Of a stretch of 64,000 bases of DNA, positions 1-11,379 are shown piece by piece. The notes under the pieces were generated by a model. It ran no database searches, was not told the origin of the DNA, and worked only from the letters and a program-made list of their open reading frames with translations. The DNA is from Naegleria gruberi (taxonomy: Eukaryota), in assembly GCA_000004985.1 (NCBI GenBank), contig GG738845.1; one strand, written 5' to 3'. The position numbers and the translations under genes are program-made. Positions within the stretch are counted from its first letter, which is position 1. Every line of letters starts with the position of its first letter.

Positions 1-594
1 GTTTCAGCAAAGATTCGTCTATTAGATACTTCTTCTCTCAAAGCAGCCACCAAAGTGTTTGAATTGGGAATATCTGATAGTGGTAATAATATCATTGTAC
101 AAAATAGCCAGTCTATTGCAACTTTGACCATCGAAAGAGTACCCAATGGAAGAAGATCTGTTATGGCTTCTGTACGAAAATGCTTCTCATTGCAAAATAA
201 TGATTATGTACAAGATAGTACTTGTAGTATTTCTTCAGAAACCAATTCGAATATTGTCATTTCAGTCCAAAGCACTGGATCATATGTAGTTGTAGAACAA
301 CCAGCTCCAACCAGTAGTTCAGTTCAGCCAACACCTTCTGTATCAGTTGTATCTCCAGCTCATTCAACTACAACTCCGCAAACCTCAACCACCACCACAA
401 CTCCACAAACTTCTAAAGGCAGTACCAAGGTTCCAACAACAAGTGGACCAAATCTTGATTATATTGCTCTTATATTATTAATTATTCCAGTGGTACTTGT
501 TGTAGTTGGTATTATTGGATTAACTGTTTGGTTAATGAAGAAGAAGAAGAACTCAAATAAGGATACTAACTTGGTTGAATTGAGAAGTGTTTAA
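1..594 (+). CDS. 5'-partial (truncated by the window start) type I membrane protein with Ser/Thr/Pro-rich mucin-like stalk, C-terminal TM helix and short basic cytoplasmic tail
   Basis: The reading frame is open from nt 1 (no stop upstream of listed start 55). It has a TTSSVQPTPSVSVVSPAHSTTTPQTSTTTTTPQTS stalk, a hydrophobic IALILLIIPVVLVVVGIIGLTVWL segment, then KKKKNSNKD and a stop at 592-594. Confidence 0.5.
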   Translation, partial: VSAKIRLLDTSSLKAATKVFELGISDSGNNIIVQNSQSIATLTIERVPNGRRSVMASVRKCFSLQNNDYVQDSTCSISSETNSNIVISVQSTGSYVVVEQPAPTSSSVQPTPSVSVVSPAHSTTTPQTSTTTTTPQTSKGSTKVPTTSGPNLDYIALILLIIPVVLVVVGIIGLTVWLMKKKKNSNKDTNLVELRSV

Positions 595-1006
595 TAACTG
601 TTTCAAGGCTTGGAAGATAATGTGATGATATTAGTGTTGATAATGTCCTTGGTTGGTGTTAATTTTTACACTTGGAAGTCTGACAATACGTTTACTCCAC
701 AGTTTTTTATTTACCGAATCTTAATTTAAAAATAAATTCGTTTCAATTTATTTATATAAACCCATATTCCCAAGAGAAAGAGTGTTTGCCTGTATGTTTT
801 TGCAAGATTTGGAAAATCTGTAGGTGGAATAGGATGAAGAGCGTTAACCATCACAGTGTTAGTTAGATATGATTCCATTGATTCATCTTTAATTTAAGAA
901 AGAACTAGTGACCATCTTTGGGGAATTTTGTAAATAATTACTTCAAGTTTTTTGTGAGGTAGATGAAGAATCTGGAAATTTACCAGAAATTGGGAGTTGT
1001 CTCACT

Positions 1007-3094
1007 CTAATAAACTTTTGTTACCTTTAGTTTTGCACCAACTACTTTAACAAAGTGTTCAGTGTCTCTGAATAATGAATTGTCATTACGTGCAAGCTCT
1101 AATTCGTCTGCAAACAACTCCTTCAATTGTGTCAAGCATTGATCTGGAGAATATCTCTTGCAGTGATCTTCCTGAAGCATACCAGTCATGATTTGTTTGA
1201 GATTTTCATTTTGGATAGATACAGCATTTAATGGATCTTCAGCAGTAACTGGTTGTTTTGACATCATTTCTAAAACAGTCATACCCAAAGAATATACATC
1301 TCCTGTTATGGAAATTAATTTTTCCTTTTGTTTTTCAGGAGCCAAATATCCCTTTGTGCCACTCTTATTCACTATCACATCGTCGCTTTGAAAACAACAT
1401 AGTCTATCTTCATTAACTTTATGAAACAAAATTGACAATTCATAATCAATTAAAAACCAACGATTTTCAATTCTTATAATATTTTGAGGTTTGATATCAT
1501 TGTGAACAATCTTCTTCGTGAACAGAATTGTCATTTGAATCAAAATATCGGATAAAAAATGGATAATATCACTCAACTCGAAGTTTGTTTTCATTCCAAT
1601 AACATCAGCAAGACAATCACCTGCCAAACTGAATAAACCACGGTGATCGTCATTCAAATAGGGCGTTAACATAGTGTTGCGCAATCTTAAAACCATGTTC
1701 CCTTCCTCAATAACTGTGTCTTTTGAGAATACTGTAACAGAATGTTTTGGTGTTTCCTTAAAGAAAATGTCACCTTTCACTAAATTATTTCGTTTTGAGA
1801 AGTATGTAAAAGAAGAGTCCTTATTGAAGCAAACATTTCCAAACGGTTCGATGGAAATAATGGAGTTGTCTGCATACCGGTATTGCTTTTGCTTTTTGGA
1901 AGAGTCACAAACGGATGAACTAGTATGGGATTTTAGGTATTCTTGCATTTTGTTGAATTCAACGTCATAAAAAATACATAATAGAAATGCAACAAGTTCT
2001 ACTCTTCCATAATATTTTTCATCTGCTGATTTTTCTTGAATGGGCTCGTGTTCGAGAGTAACGGACGAATCAATATCTGAAAATAATTCATTAGAGCCCG
2101 AAGTACTTGTCAAAAATTCGCCTTCGTCTGCTTTCGTTATATCTATTTTCGTGCAATCATTTGAAAATGAACCAACATAGTGCAGCACATAACTCAAATC
2201 AAAATCATTTTTTGCATCATTTTCATTTTTAGTTACTAACACGTTCATAACATAAACAAAAGATTTCTTACTGCTTGTGTTCACTCCTATTGTGAAAAGT
2301 TTGGAATGGCTATCAATGATTGTTGAATCACTGGTAATAAGGTTTCTTATTGCATAGGCCAAGCTCAATCTCATTTGTATTATTAACTTCAAAAAGTCTT
2401 TATGCATATAATGATGTGTAACTATGTCTGGTTTATCTTCTCTTATCAATTTGATAACATCAATACTATCTCTGTATTTTCTAATCAAAACATCGTCTGG
2501 TTTAACACCTAAATTTATATCCTCAAATACTTCATTGTCATGAAACAAGTCTTTAACCACTTGATTTCTTTACTCTTTAGTAAAATTAAATTGTTATGAT
2601 ACATACCCACACCTGAAATAATTTTGGAAACAAACAGCCAAATCAAAAAGAGGAGAAAAGTGAGAGCCAGTTTTGGTAAGCTCTGATGTGTCTTTCCAAC
2701 CAGGTAATTCGAATCTGCTCGGAAACAAGGCTTTGAATAACAAGCAATAATTTCGACCCAAGTCCTCTTCTTTTGCAAAATCAAAAACTTTAAACACTTC
2801 ATTTGCTGTTTCATTGTTTGGTGAGTAGACAAACTTGTTGATGGCCATCAAACAATTTGTATATAAATTACTCTTCACAATTTCATGTTCGGAAGACTCT
2901 GCCAATTTAATGTTCAAGTGATAAAAACAATCTCTGAACTGACTAACGTAGTTTTGGTTTGTAGACCAATTTGATGGAATTTTGAATTCAATATTTCTAT
3001 CCTGGACACCATTTAGTGCTTGTTTCACTTTCTCTTTTACTATGGCATCAGAAAATTTACTAAATTCGTGAGTACAATAAACAAAATGCAACAT
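1007..3094 (-). CDS. Protein kinase-like domain protein (about 680 aa) with an N-terminal domain of unknown function; two exons complement(join(1007..2567,2607..3094))
   Basis: C-terminal kinase motifs are VHNDIKPQNI (catalytic loop, HND in place of HRD), DYE in the DFG position, and GTKGYLAPE. ORFs 2594..3094 and 1007..2560 join in frame across a 39-nt GTATGT...TAAAG intron (2568..2606) giving ...NYFRCG-G-NQVVKDLF. An alternative GTGTGG donor is also in frame. Other ORFs listed inside this span are nested antisense or overlapping-frame artefacts. Confidence 0.6.
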
Positions 3095-3612
3095 ACACTT
3101 TGCCTGATCCAGAGTTTGAACGTTTACGGCCAGCCATTTTGTTAATTTTTTTTTGTTATTTTTAAAAAATATTCAGGCGGGAAAAATTCGATTTGCAAAT
3201 CCCATTTATTATTTTTGGCTATCCTTACCAACTTTATCATTCGGAAATTTGTTTAATGGAATGAATTTTGTCTTTTGAATCTTTATTAAGATTGGTGCAA
3301 GACTATTTTCAATTTACATGTGCATATCTGATGAAATTAGTTGAATATTTAAATCTTCTATCTCAGTCAACAATAAGTGACAATATTTTTGATAATTATG
3401 TGAAATAATGTAGTATCTAACTCAAAGTCTTTGAAAAATTTAACGATGCCAATGAAATAACAGTTGGCCTTTATTACGCATTTGAACGTTCACAACACTA
3501 GTTTAACAAACCCAATTAGTAGAAAAATATTCCATTGTAACAACAAAGTTCACTACCAGTCAACTCGCAACTTTAAAAAAATAGCATCACTCCACAGCGC
3601 AAAAAGTTCAAA

Positions 3613-5181
3613 ATGTCACAAACAATAGATAAGGCAACAGCCTTAGAAAAAATCCCTCGCGATTATTCAACCTATTCCAAACTCTCTGCTGAATTAAAGT
3701 TGGACGTTGATGTTGTCAGAATTACCTTGCAAAAGACTGGCAGTTATTGTATTGGTCAAATACCAATGGTAGTGTTTGAAAATGATCGCTCATTGGCCTT
3801 CCTTGCCCTCTCAAAAGGTTTTTCTCTTGATAAATTACCAGCCATCTATAAAAGTGATAAGGAAATGGTCTTGATGGATTATAAGAAAAGATATTATGGT
3901 CCAATTCATGCTAACATGGACCTTTGGAATGATAAGGATTTTCTTGATCAATTACTTGTTTTAAATCCGAGCCTTGAATGATTTATCCAGATAAAAATCC
4001 ACTGGCAGTCGACGGAATCCACTCACATCTGACAAAATCCTTTCAATCCAGCGTTGGCTGGATAACACGGATACATATTACCCTCCCTTGAATATTTCCC
4101 CGAATCATTAAGGGATGACAAGGACGTTGTCACGAAACTTATTTCAAAGAATGGAAGAAAAATTGAATTTGCTTCCGATCGATTGAAGAATGATGATGAA
4201 TTGATTTTGTTGGCTTCATCAAATTCTTCAATCTTTGATTATACAAAACCTAGAGAATTATCAAAGGAACTTTGTTTGGAAATTATTCACAGACAAGGTA
4301 AGGCAAATAGAGATATTCCACCTTATTTAAAGATGGATAGAGATATTGTAAAGGCTCATTTAACTTACTTTACTAATTATTCCTATTTTACTAATGTTGA
4401 TAGGTGTTTCACTGCTGATGAAGAGATGGTTACACTTGTTCTTTCCAGAGATGTTGAACAATGGAAATACATTGATGAGTCATTGAAGAATAATGAAAAA
4501 TTCTTGGCTAAGATTTTGACTATTATTCCTTCCATTTACAAGTTTTTCCCTTTGAGCAAGCGATGCATTAAGGAAGTTGCCTTAAAAGCAATGAAATATG
4601 GTAAAAACTTATGCTTGGCAAGTGAAGCGCTCAAGAATGATAAGGATGTTGTGATGGAAGCTGTTTCAAATTCAGGCCAGTCTATTAGATATGCATCGAA
4701 GGAACTGAGACAAGATAAAAAAGTGATTGAAGCAGCTTTGAAGAATGACCCTTATGGAGTATCATACATCCTTTCAAAACTAACTGAAGAAGAAAGATTG
4801 ATTGGAACATGGAGATTCCAATTCAAGGTCGGTGAACATTCCCAATACAATCACGATCTCATGATTTTTGATTTAGTTTTGAATGCTGATTATTCATACC
4901 TTTTATTCAATCAAGATATCTCTGAAGATTACGATGCTGGGTATCCAAGAACAAGAGACAGAAAAACCACTGGTAAATGGAAAATTGGAATCTATAACAG
5001 TGTTGATGCTCTCTATTTGGATGAAAATGCTTTAATGTCCATTGCCATGTTAAATGAGTGTGCTAATTATCACAACAGAAATTGTGAACAGTTTAATGAA
5101 GAGGCTGAGAGGCATACGTACTCTCATGATAGAAAGACTTTCTCATTTGCAGATGGTGTTTGGTCTGAAAGACTTTTTTAG
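3613..5181 (+). CDS. DUF4116-repeat protein(s): ORF 3613..3981 plus open frame 4066..5181, either one gene with an unresolved junction or two adjacent paralogous genes
   Basis: Repeated ASEALKNDKDVVMEAVSNSGQSIRYASKELRQDKKVIEAALKND-type units match the DUF4116 consensus. The second frame is open from 4066 with no ATG; the listed start at 4183 is TTG. The first ORF ends NPSLE* and the second frame begins ...LPSLEYFPESLRDDKDVV, repeating the same motif, with no GT..AG intron candidate between them. Confidence 0.55.
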
Positions 5182-5391
5182 TTGTGTTTACTACATAACC
5201 GACATGTTATAAAAACTAACAATTGTTTCTGAAATATATTTCACAATCCAATACAATTCTGTAGCTTGATCGTTAACAATATAGATGGCCATATCAATGC
5301 ATATCTACTTATGAAGGAATCAGAACTTATATCCTGAATATGTTTCGACATTGTTATCATGGCTCTAAAACAATAATAATTATCAAAAAAA

Positions 5392-6207
5392 ATGAGTCAA
5401 TATAACTTTTATGCTGGACCACCCCAACAACAAAATGTTGATACAAGTAATTTGACTGGATTATTGTCGAGTATTAATAATCTTCCATCATCACAACAAA
5501 CCTTTACAAAATTCGTTAATTATGATCCGAGCCAAGATGGAACGAGTGTTGGTTCGGAAGGAGCAGAATCTATGGGACCACCAACAACAAAGAAAGGAAC
5601 TACAAGGAAGAGGACATCTAAAGGAGGCTCTTCTTCATCACAGCCTAAAAAGAAAAAAAAGACAACTACAAAATCAAAAAAGAAGCAAGCAGCTGCCGAT
5701 GTGGACGATGACGACGATGACGACGATATGCCAGAAGTAAATACAAAGAAAAAACAAGATGTTGACGATGATGATGATATGCCGGAATCAAATCCGAATG
5801 GTGATGAATTTTCTGGAGAGGACGATAATGATGATGACAATGATGAGGACGATGATAATGACGATGAGGATGATGATACACCAAAAAAGAAATCAAAGAG
5901 GAAATCAAAAGGAGAGCCAAAAGAAGGCTCAGGAAGAAAAAAGACTGAATTGGCTCCACATATTAGACAAATGATGTATGGATTTGGTGATGTGAGGAAT
6001 CCTCTCCCAGAGACAGTGACACTCATGGAAGAATTAGTGCGCGAATATGTTCATGAAATTGTTTCGGAAGCTCTTAAAATCTCAAAGAAGGGTAGATTAA
6101 ATCCAGAAGATTTAGTCTTCCTGATTAGACACGATTCTAAGAAATATCTCAGAGTGGACGAATTATTGAGAAAATATCAAGAAATTAAGAAAGCTAGGGA
6201 TTTGTAA
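5392..6207 (+). CDS. TAF13: Transcription initiation factor TFIID subunit 13 (histone-fold, TAF13/SPT3 family) with a long acidic poly-Asp N-terminal extension
   Basis: The C-terminal ~90 aa (MMYGFGDVRNPLPETVTLMEELVREYVHEIVSEALKISKKGRLNPEDLVFLIRHDSKKYLRVDELL) matches the TAF13 histone fold. The N-terminal part is basic then poly-D/E. Confidence 0.85.
   Translation: MSQYNFYAGPPQQQNVDTSNLTGLLSSINNLPSSQQTFTKFVNYDPSQDGTSVGSEGAESMGPPTTKKGTTRKRTSKGGSSSSQPKKKKKTTTKSKKKQAAADVDDDDDDDDMPEVNTKKKQDVDDDDDMPESNPNGDEFSGEDDNDDDNDEDDDNDDEDDDTPKKKSKRKSKGEPKEGSGRKKTELAPHIRQMMYGFGDVRNPLPETVTLMEELVREYVHEIVSEALKISKKGRLNPEDLVFLIRHDSKKYLRVDELLRKYQEIKKARDL
5697..5885. repeat. (GAY)n simple coding repeat encoding poly-Asp tracts inside TAF13
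   Basis: gatgacgacgatgacgacgat... runs. They generate spurious antisense ORFs (5520..6026, 5666..5959, 5759..5974). Confidence 0.6.
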
Positions 6208-6344
6208 TTATTTGTAAATTTTTGTAAATATAATCATTATTAATGTTTCGAATAATATTATCCTTTATTTTCAATTTATTAATTTGTTGCTGTATTCCAA
6301 GTGCATAGTTTACAACAAAGAGGAGAATTAAAAAAATAGAAAAA

Positions 6345-7038
6345 ATGTCACGACTTGCAAAGCCATCTTGGCTCACAAAAGATTTTTCAAAAACATTTTA
6401 TGATTCACAAGGATTGATTGAAGAGGATGTCTCACTATTACTCGGAAATTATTGGCTGAATGATAATATTATCAATTTTTATTACTTGTTTTTGGAGAAT
6501 GAAAAATTCAGAGAATATTGTTTTGTTGCACCATCTGTTTCTTTCATTATTTCCATGGTTGATGATGATGAAATTAAAAATACATTACATTCACTAAATG
6601 CAAAGGATAAAAAACTTGTATTTTTCCCAGTGACTGACAATACAGACATTTCATCTTCAGGAGGAACACATTGGAGCTTATTAGTTTTTGAAAGTAATTC
6701 TGGAAAATTCTATTATTTTGATTCAATGGGATCCATGAACAAGTCAGCTGCCAAATATCTTGCCTCAAAGGTGGCTCCATATTTTGGTGTGAAAGCTTCC
6801 AATTTACATATTGCTAAAGCTCCTCAACAAAAAAAGTAAGTGCAACAATTGAGTTATATTGGATAAATATTCTACCAGTGGATATGATTGTGGAATTTAT
6901 GTATTGGCAATGAGTGAATATATTGCAGAGCATGGTCTTTCAGATGCTCAAATCGAATCAGAAATTACACCTTCAAAAGCTACCCAATTGAGAAAGGTTA
7001 TTTTGGATTTAATTGAAAAGAAATCCCAAGAAGAATAA
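6345..7038 (+). CDS. SENP8: Deneddylase / sentrin-specific protease 8 (Ulp1 C48 family, SENP8/DEN1-like); two exons join(6345..6835,6879..7038)
   Basis: LNDNIINFYYLFL, VFFPVTDNTDISSSGGTHWSLLVF (catalytic His) and YFDSMG align with human SENP8. The catalytic Cys motif NGYDCGIYVLAMSEYI appears only after removing a 43-nt GTAAGT...ACCAG intron (6836..6878) in phase 2. The stop is TAA at 7036-7038. Confidence 0.85.
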
Positions 7039-7317
7039 AGTTATCAAGTTAACCATTGTAATTTTTAAAACGGTATAAATCTGTACTTTGAACAAGTTCC
7101 ACCAACATGAACATCAAAATAGACACCATTTGAAACGTGTGCCCAACAAGGATTGGTCTACTTGTGTGTGGCATCCAATAAGGAAGGTGGCTGAAGAGAA
7201 TAGTGACACAGTACAGGGTTGGCGCGCACTTTTTAAAAAAAATAACTTGAAGATTGGGGTCAGAAGTTACTGCAGCTGTTAAACCTGTTTGTTAATTTAT
7301 CTGATCACAAAATAGAG

Positions 7318-8961
7318 ATGAAAATTCAAAATTTTGCGATCATTGTGTTGACAACATTGTTGTTGTGTTGTTTTGTGTTTATTTGTTTCTTGATAAATGG
7401 ATATTCGAAATGTTTGAATCACCAGACAGGCATAATTAATCATGATGTGCACAAGTTGGCACTGATTGATTCCGATAGGGTGAGAGAAATTCCTCTCATC
7501 AACAAGAAGGTACCTCCTTCAGCTGTTATTCTCCCCAGAAATTTGCATCAACAGCTCCAACCAGTTCTTTCTATACCTCCCACAAAAATGACAAAGGAAC
7601 TCGAAATTGAACAAGAGGAAAAAACAATGGATGATTCGGAAAATATCATTGTTGCAAATCCAAATAAGTTTCCACCCAAACCATTACCAGACGAACCAAC
7701 ATTGCAAGGTAATCCCAACGAAACCAGTAATCCATTATGTGTAGATAAACGAAAGAGAGATTACAAACAGGTACCAATCAGAGTATCAGGACTTTTTAAT
7801 GGGGAATTTAGAGATTGTAGCATTAGGTGTGTTGGAGATGGCTATCCAAATCAACCAAGTTTACCTGATGTGTATGTGGGACGAGATGCTCCTCCTGATG
7901 GCTGTCCAAACTCTTTTTCCTTCATTTCTACAATGGAAAATCAACCAATGTTCAAGACCAATATCCACAGTTTAGTAGGTACGACTAATTTAAAAACTGA
8001 CGTTCCAGTTCAATATTTTAGTTGGGCTGAATATAGTTACATGAGCAAACCAAAACCAAAAACAGCAACTGCAATGATGGCGGTTTTCATTTCAAATTGT
8101 GGACCACCAAAACGATTGGAAATCATCAAGGAATTGGAGGAACACGGAGTTACAATCCATTCATATGGTAAATGTTTGCACAACACACAAATGCCAGATA
8201 CAAGAGATGGTGACTATTTGGGAATTAAAACTCGGATTACCTCCACTTACAAATTCGTATTTGCAGCTGAAAATTCAGAAACTGACGATTATGTCACTGA
8301 GAAACTTTTTGGAACATTTGATTCTGGAAGTGTTCCAGTTTATTTGGGAGCTCCAAATGTTAAAAAGTTTGCCCCAAGTGAAAAATCCGTCATTTCAGTT
8401 TCTGATTTTGCGACCATTAAGGAATTAGCAGAATATTTGAAAATGTTAGATAAGGATGATGTAAAATACAATGAATATTTGAAATGGAAGGAAGAAGGAC
8501 CATCACATGATTTTATTGCCATGATGGATATGGCTATTATACACTCTTCATGCAGATTGTGCATCAAAGTTGCAGATCACTACAGAAAGATTTACAACAA
8601 CCAGGTTGGAAATCAAATAATTCCAAAAGATAAACTTGGAAAGGACAGCATTATTGTGAGCGTTAGACCAAGAGGAGAATTCTACATGAAACAAGTTGAA
8701 CTATTACCAAATGAAATGAGTCTCAAACATCTCAAGAGAAAGATACAGAAATTGTATGCTGATAATCCTCTTCCTGTCGGATCTATTCACTCCATTTACA
8801 GATTATGGGACAATAACAAGATACCAATCAAGGATGAAGACTTTAGAAATGGTATTATTCACAATAGTATTGAGTTGGAGGTTATATTCCTTTATCCTTA
8901 TCATCCAGGAAGAGGAAAATTCAATGAGTGGCAACAAACTCACAAATTCTACCTTCATTAA
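7318..8961 (+). CDS. GT10-family alpha-1,3-fucosyltransferase, type II membrane topology, paralog A
   Basis: N-terminal TM anchor IIVLTTLLLCCFVFICFLI. Catalytic region has FISNCGPPKRLEIIKELEEHGVTIHSYGKC, YKFVFAAENSETDDYVTEKLF (GT10 motif), then a ~150-aa C-terminal extension. Confidence 0.8.
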   Translation: MKIQNFAIIVLTTLLLCCFVFICFLINGYSKCLNHQTGIINHDVHKLALIDSDRVREIPLINKKVPPSAVILPRNLHQQLQPVLSIPPTKMTKELEIEQEEKTMDDSENIIVANPNKFPPKPLPDEPTLQGNPNETSNPLCVDKRKRDYKQVPIRVSGLFNGEFRDCSIRCVGDGYPNQPSLPDVYVGRDAPPDGCPNSFSFISTMENQPMFKTNIHSLVGTTNLKTDVPVQYFSWAEYSYMSKPKPKTATAMMAVFISNCGPPKRLEIIKELEEHGVTIHSYGKCLHNTQMPDTRDGDYLGIKTRITSTYKFVFAAENSETDDYVTEKLFGTFDSGSVPVYLGAPNVKKFAPSEKSVISVSDFATIKELAEYLKMLDKDDVKYNEYLKWKEEGPSHDFIAMMDMAIIHSSCRLCIKVADHYRKIYNNQVGNQIIPKDKLGKDSIIVSVRPRGEFYMKQVELLPNEMSLKHLKRKIQKLYADNPLPVGSIHSIYRLWDNNKIPIKDEDFRNGIIHNSIELEVIFLYPYHPGRGKFNEWQQTHKFYLH

Positions 8962-9088
8962 CTTGTGGTAAAGTTTGGAAAACCACACTTGATATAGATG
9001 TAGGTTCAGCTCAGTGTAATAATTTTAAAAAGTGCAACAACACCAAAAATTCATCCCTGCATTTTCCTCTAAAAATTATTCTGCTCCT

Positions 9089-10795
9089 ATGAAAACTCTA
9101 CAAATTATAACAATAGTACAGACGGCCCTGTTATTGTGCTGCTTTGTTGTTATAACCATCCTAATTAACAAATATTCTCTCCTTGTAAAGGAAATTAATA
9201 GTTCAAAATTACATCAATATTCTTCCCTAAATCTAAATTTGATTAAGCTTACATCACCACCCGAGACAACAATAACATCTTCCATTGTGATAAAACCACA
9301 AAAAACCTCATCACAACAACCTCCGATTAGAGAGCAATCGCCCATTGCACCATCGTCACCTGTACTCACACCTACAACAAAAGTTAATGATAAGGAGGAT
9401 CCAATAGACAAGACTCGAACCAAACTTACGACTTTGAACCTCAGTAGGAGGGAAAAACTATTGAGGGATAAGCAAAATGGATCAAACAAATCGGTCAGTC
9501 ACAACACTGAAGTGACATCCATTGAAAATCAAGACAAGCAGGTATATCAGATACCTCTTAACGGTGGAAGGGAATTAGCCAATTGCCCAGATAACGAGAA
9601 TAGAGATTATAACGAAAATCCAATTAAGGTCAGAGGTAAATTTACAGGCGAGTTGACCAATTGTCCAATAAGATGTGTTGGAGAGGCAAACCCACCAGAT
9701 GTGTTTTCTGGGAGAGATTCACCTAGTGGTGGTTGTCCACACGCATTTTCGTATCAATTTACCATGGAAAATATTAAATTGAGAAAGGCATCCACCCATA
9801 GTTTAATAGGTACAACTGATTTATCTTCAGATGTTCCAGTTCAATATTTTAGCTGGGCTGAATATAGTTATATGGACCCACCAAAGAATAAGACAGCAAC
9901 TGCAATGATGGCGGTTTTCATTTCAAATTGTGGACCACCAAAACGATTGAATATCATCAAGGAATTGGAGGAACATGGAGTTACAATCCATTCATATGGT
10001 AAATGTTTGCACAACACACAAATGCCAGATACAAGAGATGGTGACTATTTGGGCATCAAGACAAGATTAACTTCGACATACAAATTCGTATTTGCAGCTG
10101 AAAATTCAGAAACTGACGATTATGTCACTGAAAAATTGTTCGGAACATTTGACTCTGGAAGTGTTCCAGTTTATTTGGGAGCTCCAAATGTTAAAAAATT
10201 CTTACCACACGAGAAGTCAATTATTTCAGTTTCTGATTTTGCAACCATTAAGGAATTAGCAGAATATTTGAAAATGTTAGATAAGGATGATGAAAAATAC
10301 AATGAATATTTGAAATGGAAGGAAGAAGGACCATCACATGATTTTATTGCCATGATGGATCTGTCAATTTTGCACTCTTCATGCAGATTGTGCATAAAGG
10401 TGGCTGACTATCACAGAAAGATTTACAACAACCAAATCGGTCACCAGCTCATTCCTAAGGAAGACCTCAAAGAAGGTAGTATAGTGGTGAATGTTAGACC
10501 AAGAGGAGAATTCTACATGAGACAGATCGAATTATTACCAAATGAAATGAGTCTAAGACAGCTCAAAAAAAAGATACAAACACTCTATGCCAAAGAAGAA
10601 GCAACACTGGGATCTATTTACTCCATTTACAGATTATGGGATAAGAACAAGACACCAATTCAGGACAAGGATATGAGAAATGGTGTAATTTACAACAATG
10701 TAGATCTGGAAATCATCTTCCTCTATCCATATCACAAAGGTAGAGGAAAATTCAATGAGTGGCAACAAACTCACAACACCTTTAACCTACATTAA
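9089..10795 (+). CDS. GT10-family alpha-1,3-fucosyltransferase, paralog B (tandem duplicate of 7318..8961) with Ser/Thr/Pro-rich stem
   Basis: Same motifs as paralog A. The listed start at 9032 is GTG; the first ATG (MKTLQIITIVQTALLLCCFVV TM anchor) is at 9089. Catalytic-core nucleotides 9833..10360 are about 93-95% identical to 8002..8530, while the flanks are diverged. Confidence 0.8.
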   Translation: MKTLQIITIVQTALLLCCFVVITILINKYSLLVKEINSSKLHQYSSLNLNLIKLTSPPETTITSSIVIKPQKTSSQQPPIREQSPIAPSSPVLTPTTKVNDKEDPIDKTRTKLTTLNLSRREKLLRDKQNGSNKSVSHNTEVTSIENQDKQVYQIPLNGGRELANCPDNENRDYNENPIKVRGKFTGELTNCPIRCVGEANPPDVFSGRDSPSGGCPHAFSYQFTMENIKLRKASTHSLIGTTDLSSDVPVQYFSWAEYSYMDPPKNKTATAMMAVFISNCGPPKRLNIIKELEEHGVTIHSYGKCLHNTQMPDTRDGDYLGIKTRLTSTYKFVFAAENSETDDYVTEKLFGTFDSGSVPVYLGAPNVKKFLPHEKSIISVSDFATIKELAEYLKMLDKDDEKYNEYLKWKEEGPSHDFIAMMDLSILHSSCRLCIKVADYHRKIYNNQIGHQLIPKEDLKEGSIVVNVRPRGEFYMRQIELLPNEMSLRQLKKKIQTLYAKEEATLGSIYSIYRLWDKNKTPIQDKDMRNGVIYNNVDLEIIFLYPYHKGRGKFNEWQQTHNTFNLH

Positions 10796-10890
10796 AATAA
10801 TCTTCAATCTAGATCAATAGTCTTTCGATTAGTAATCCAAATATTATTTTCAATAAAACAGAAAGAAGCGGAAAAGTCAATCAAAAAAAA

Positions 10891-11379
10891 ATGCTTGCTC
10901 GTCAACGTCTTATTCTCTCATCAGCCATTCGTACCAACAAGGTTGCTGCTTCTTGTTTGGTTCGTAATTTCTCCACCTCCCAAAGAGTATTTGGAGATGA
11001 AAGTGGATTCCATGATGACTTTAAAACTGTCCGTAAACCACCACAAGTTAATATTAATGAATTGATGGAAAAGAAGAAGGAAGAAATACAAAAGATTATC
11101 GAATCTAACAATATTGTTTTATTTATGAAAGGAACACCACAAAGACCTGAATGCGGATTTTCTGGTGCTGTTGTTCAAGTTTTGAAACTCTACGATGTTG
11201 AATATCATTCCGAAAATATGAATAAGGATACCATGATGAAGGAAGCTTTGAAGGAATATTCCGATTGGCCAACAATTCCTCAATTATATGTTAATGGTAA
11301 ATTTATTGGTGGAAGTGATATTGTTTTGAATTATCATAAGAATCACGAATTCCAAGATGTTTTGGATGGTAAATTGTAA
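10891..11379 (+). CDS. GRX5: Mitochondrial monothiol glutaredoxin (Grx5 type, CGFS active site)
   Basis: N-terminal presequence-like MLARQRLILSSAIRTNKVAAS. KGTPQRPECGFSGAVVQVL and WPTIPQLYVNGKFIGGSDIV match Grx5. Confidence 0.9.
   Translation: MLARQRLILSSAIRTNKVAASCLVRNFSTSQRVFGDESGFHDDFKTVRKPPQVNINELMEKKKEEIQKIIESNNIVLFMKGTPQRPECGFSGAVVQVLKLYDVEYHSENMNKDTMMKEALKEYSDWPTIPQLYVNGKFIGGSDIVLNYHKNHEFQDVLDGKL

Noticed and set aside
1188-2832. ORFs 1188..1391 +, 1674..1970 +, 2515..2832 - inside the kinase-like gene
   Set aside because: They are nested in other frames or strands of a supported two-exon gene.
5520-6026. Antisense and alternate-frame ORFs (5520..6026 -, 5666..5959 -, 5759..5974 +, 5522..5740 +) overlapping TAF13
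   Set aside because: They are generated by the (GAY)n poly-Asp repeat, and the translated proteins are low-complexity S/F/H-rich nonsense.
7088-7282. Short ORFs (7088..7282, 11401..11637, 47854..48075, 16202..16909)
   Set aside because: They are small and intergenic or in UTRs, with no motif or conservation support.
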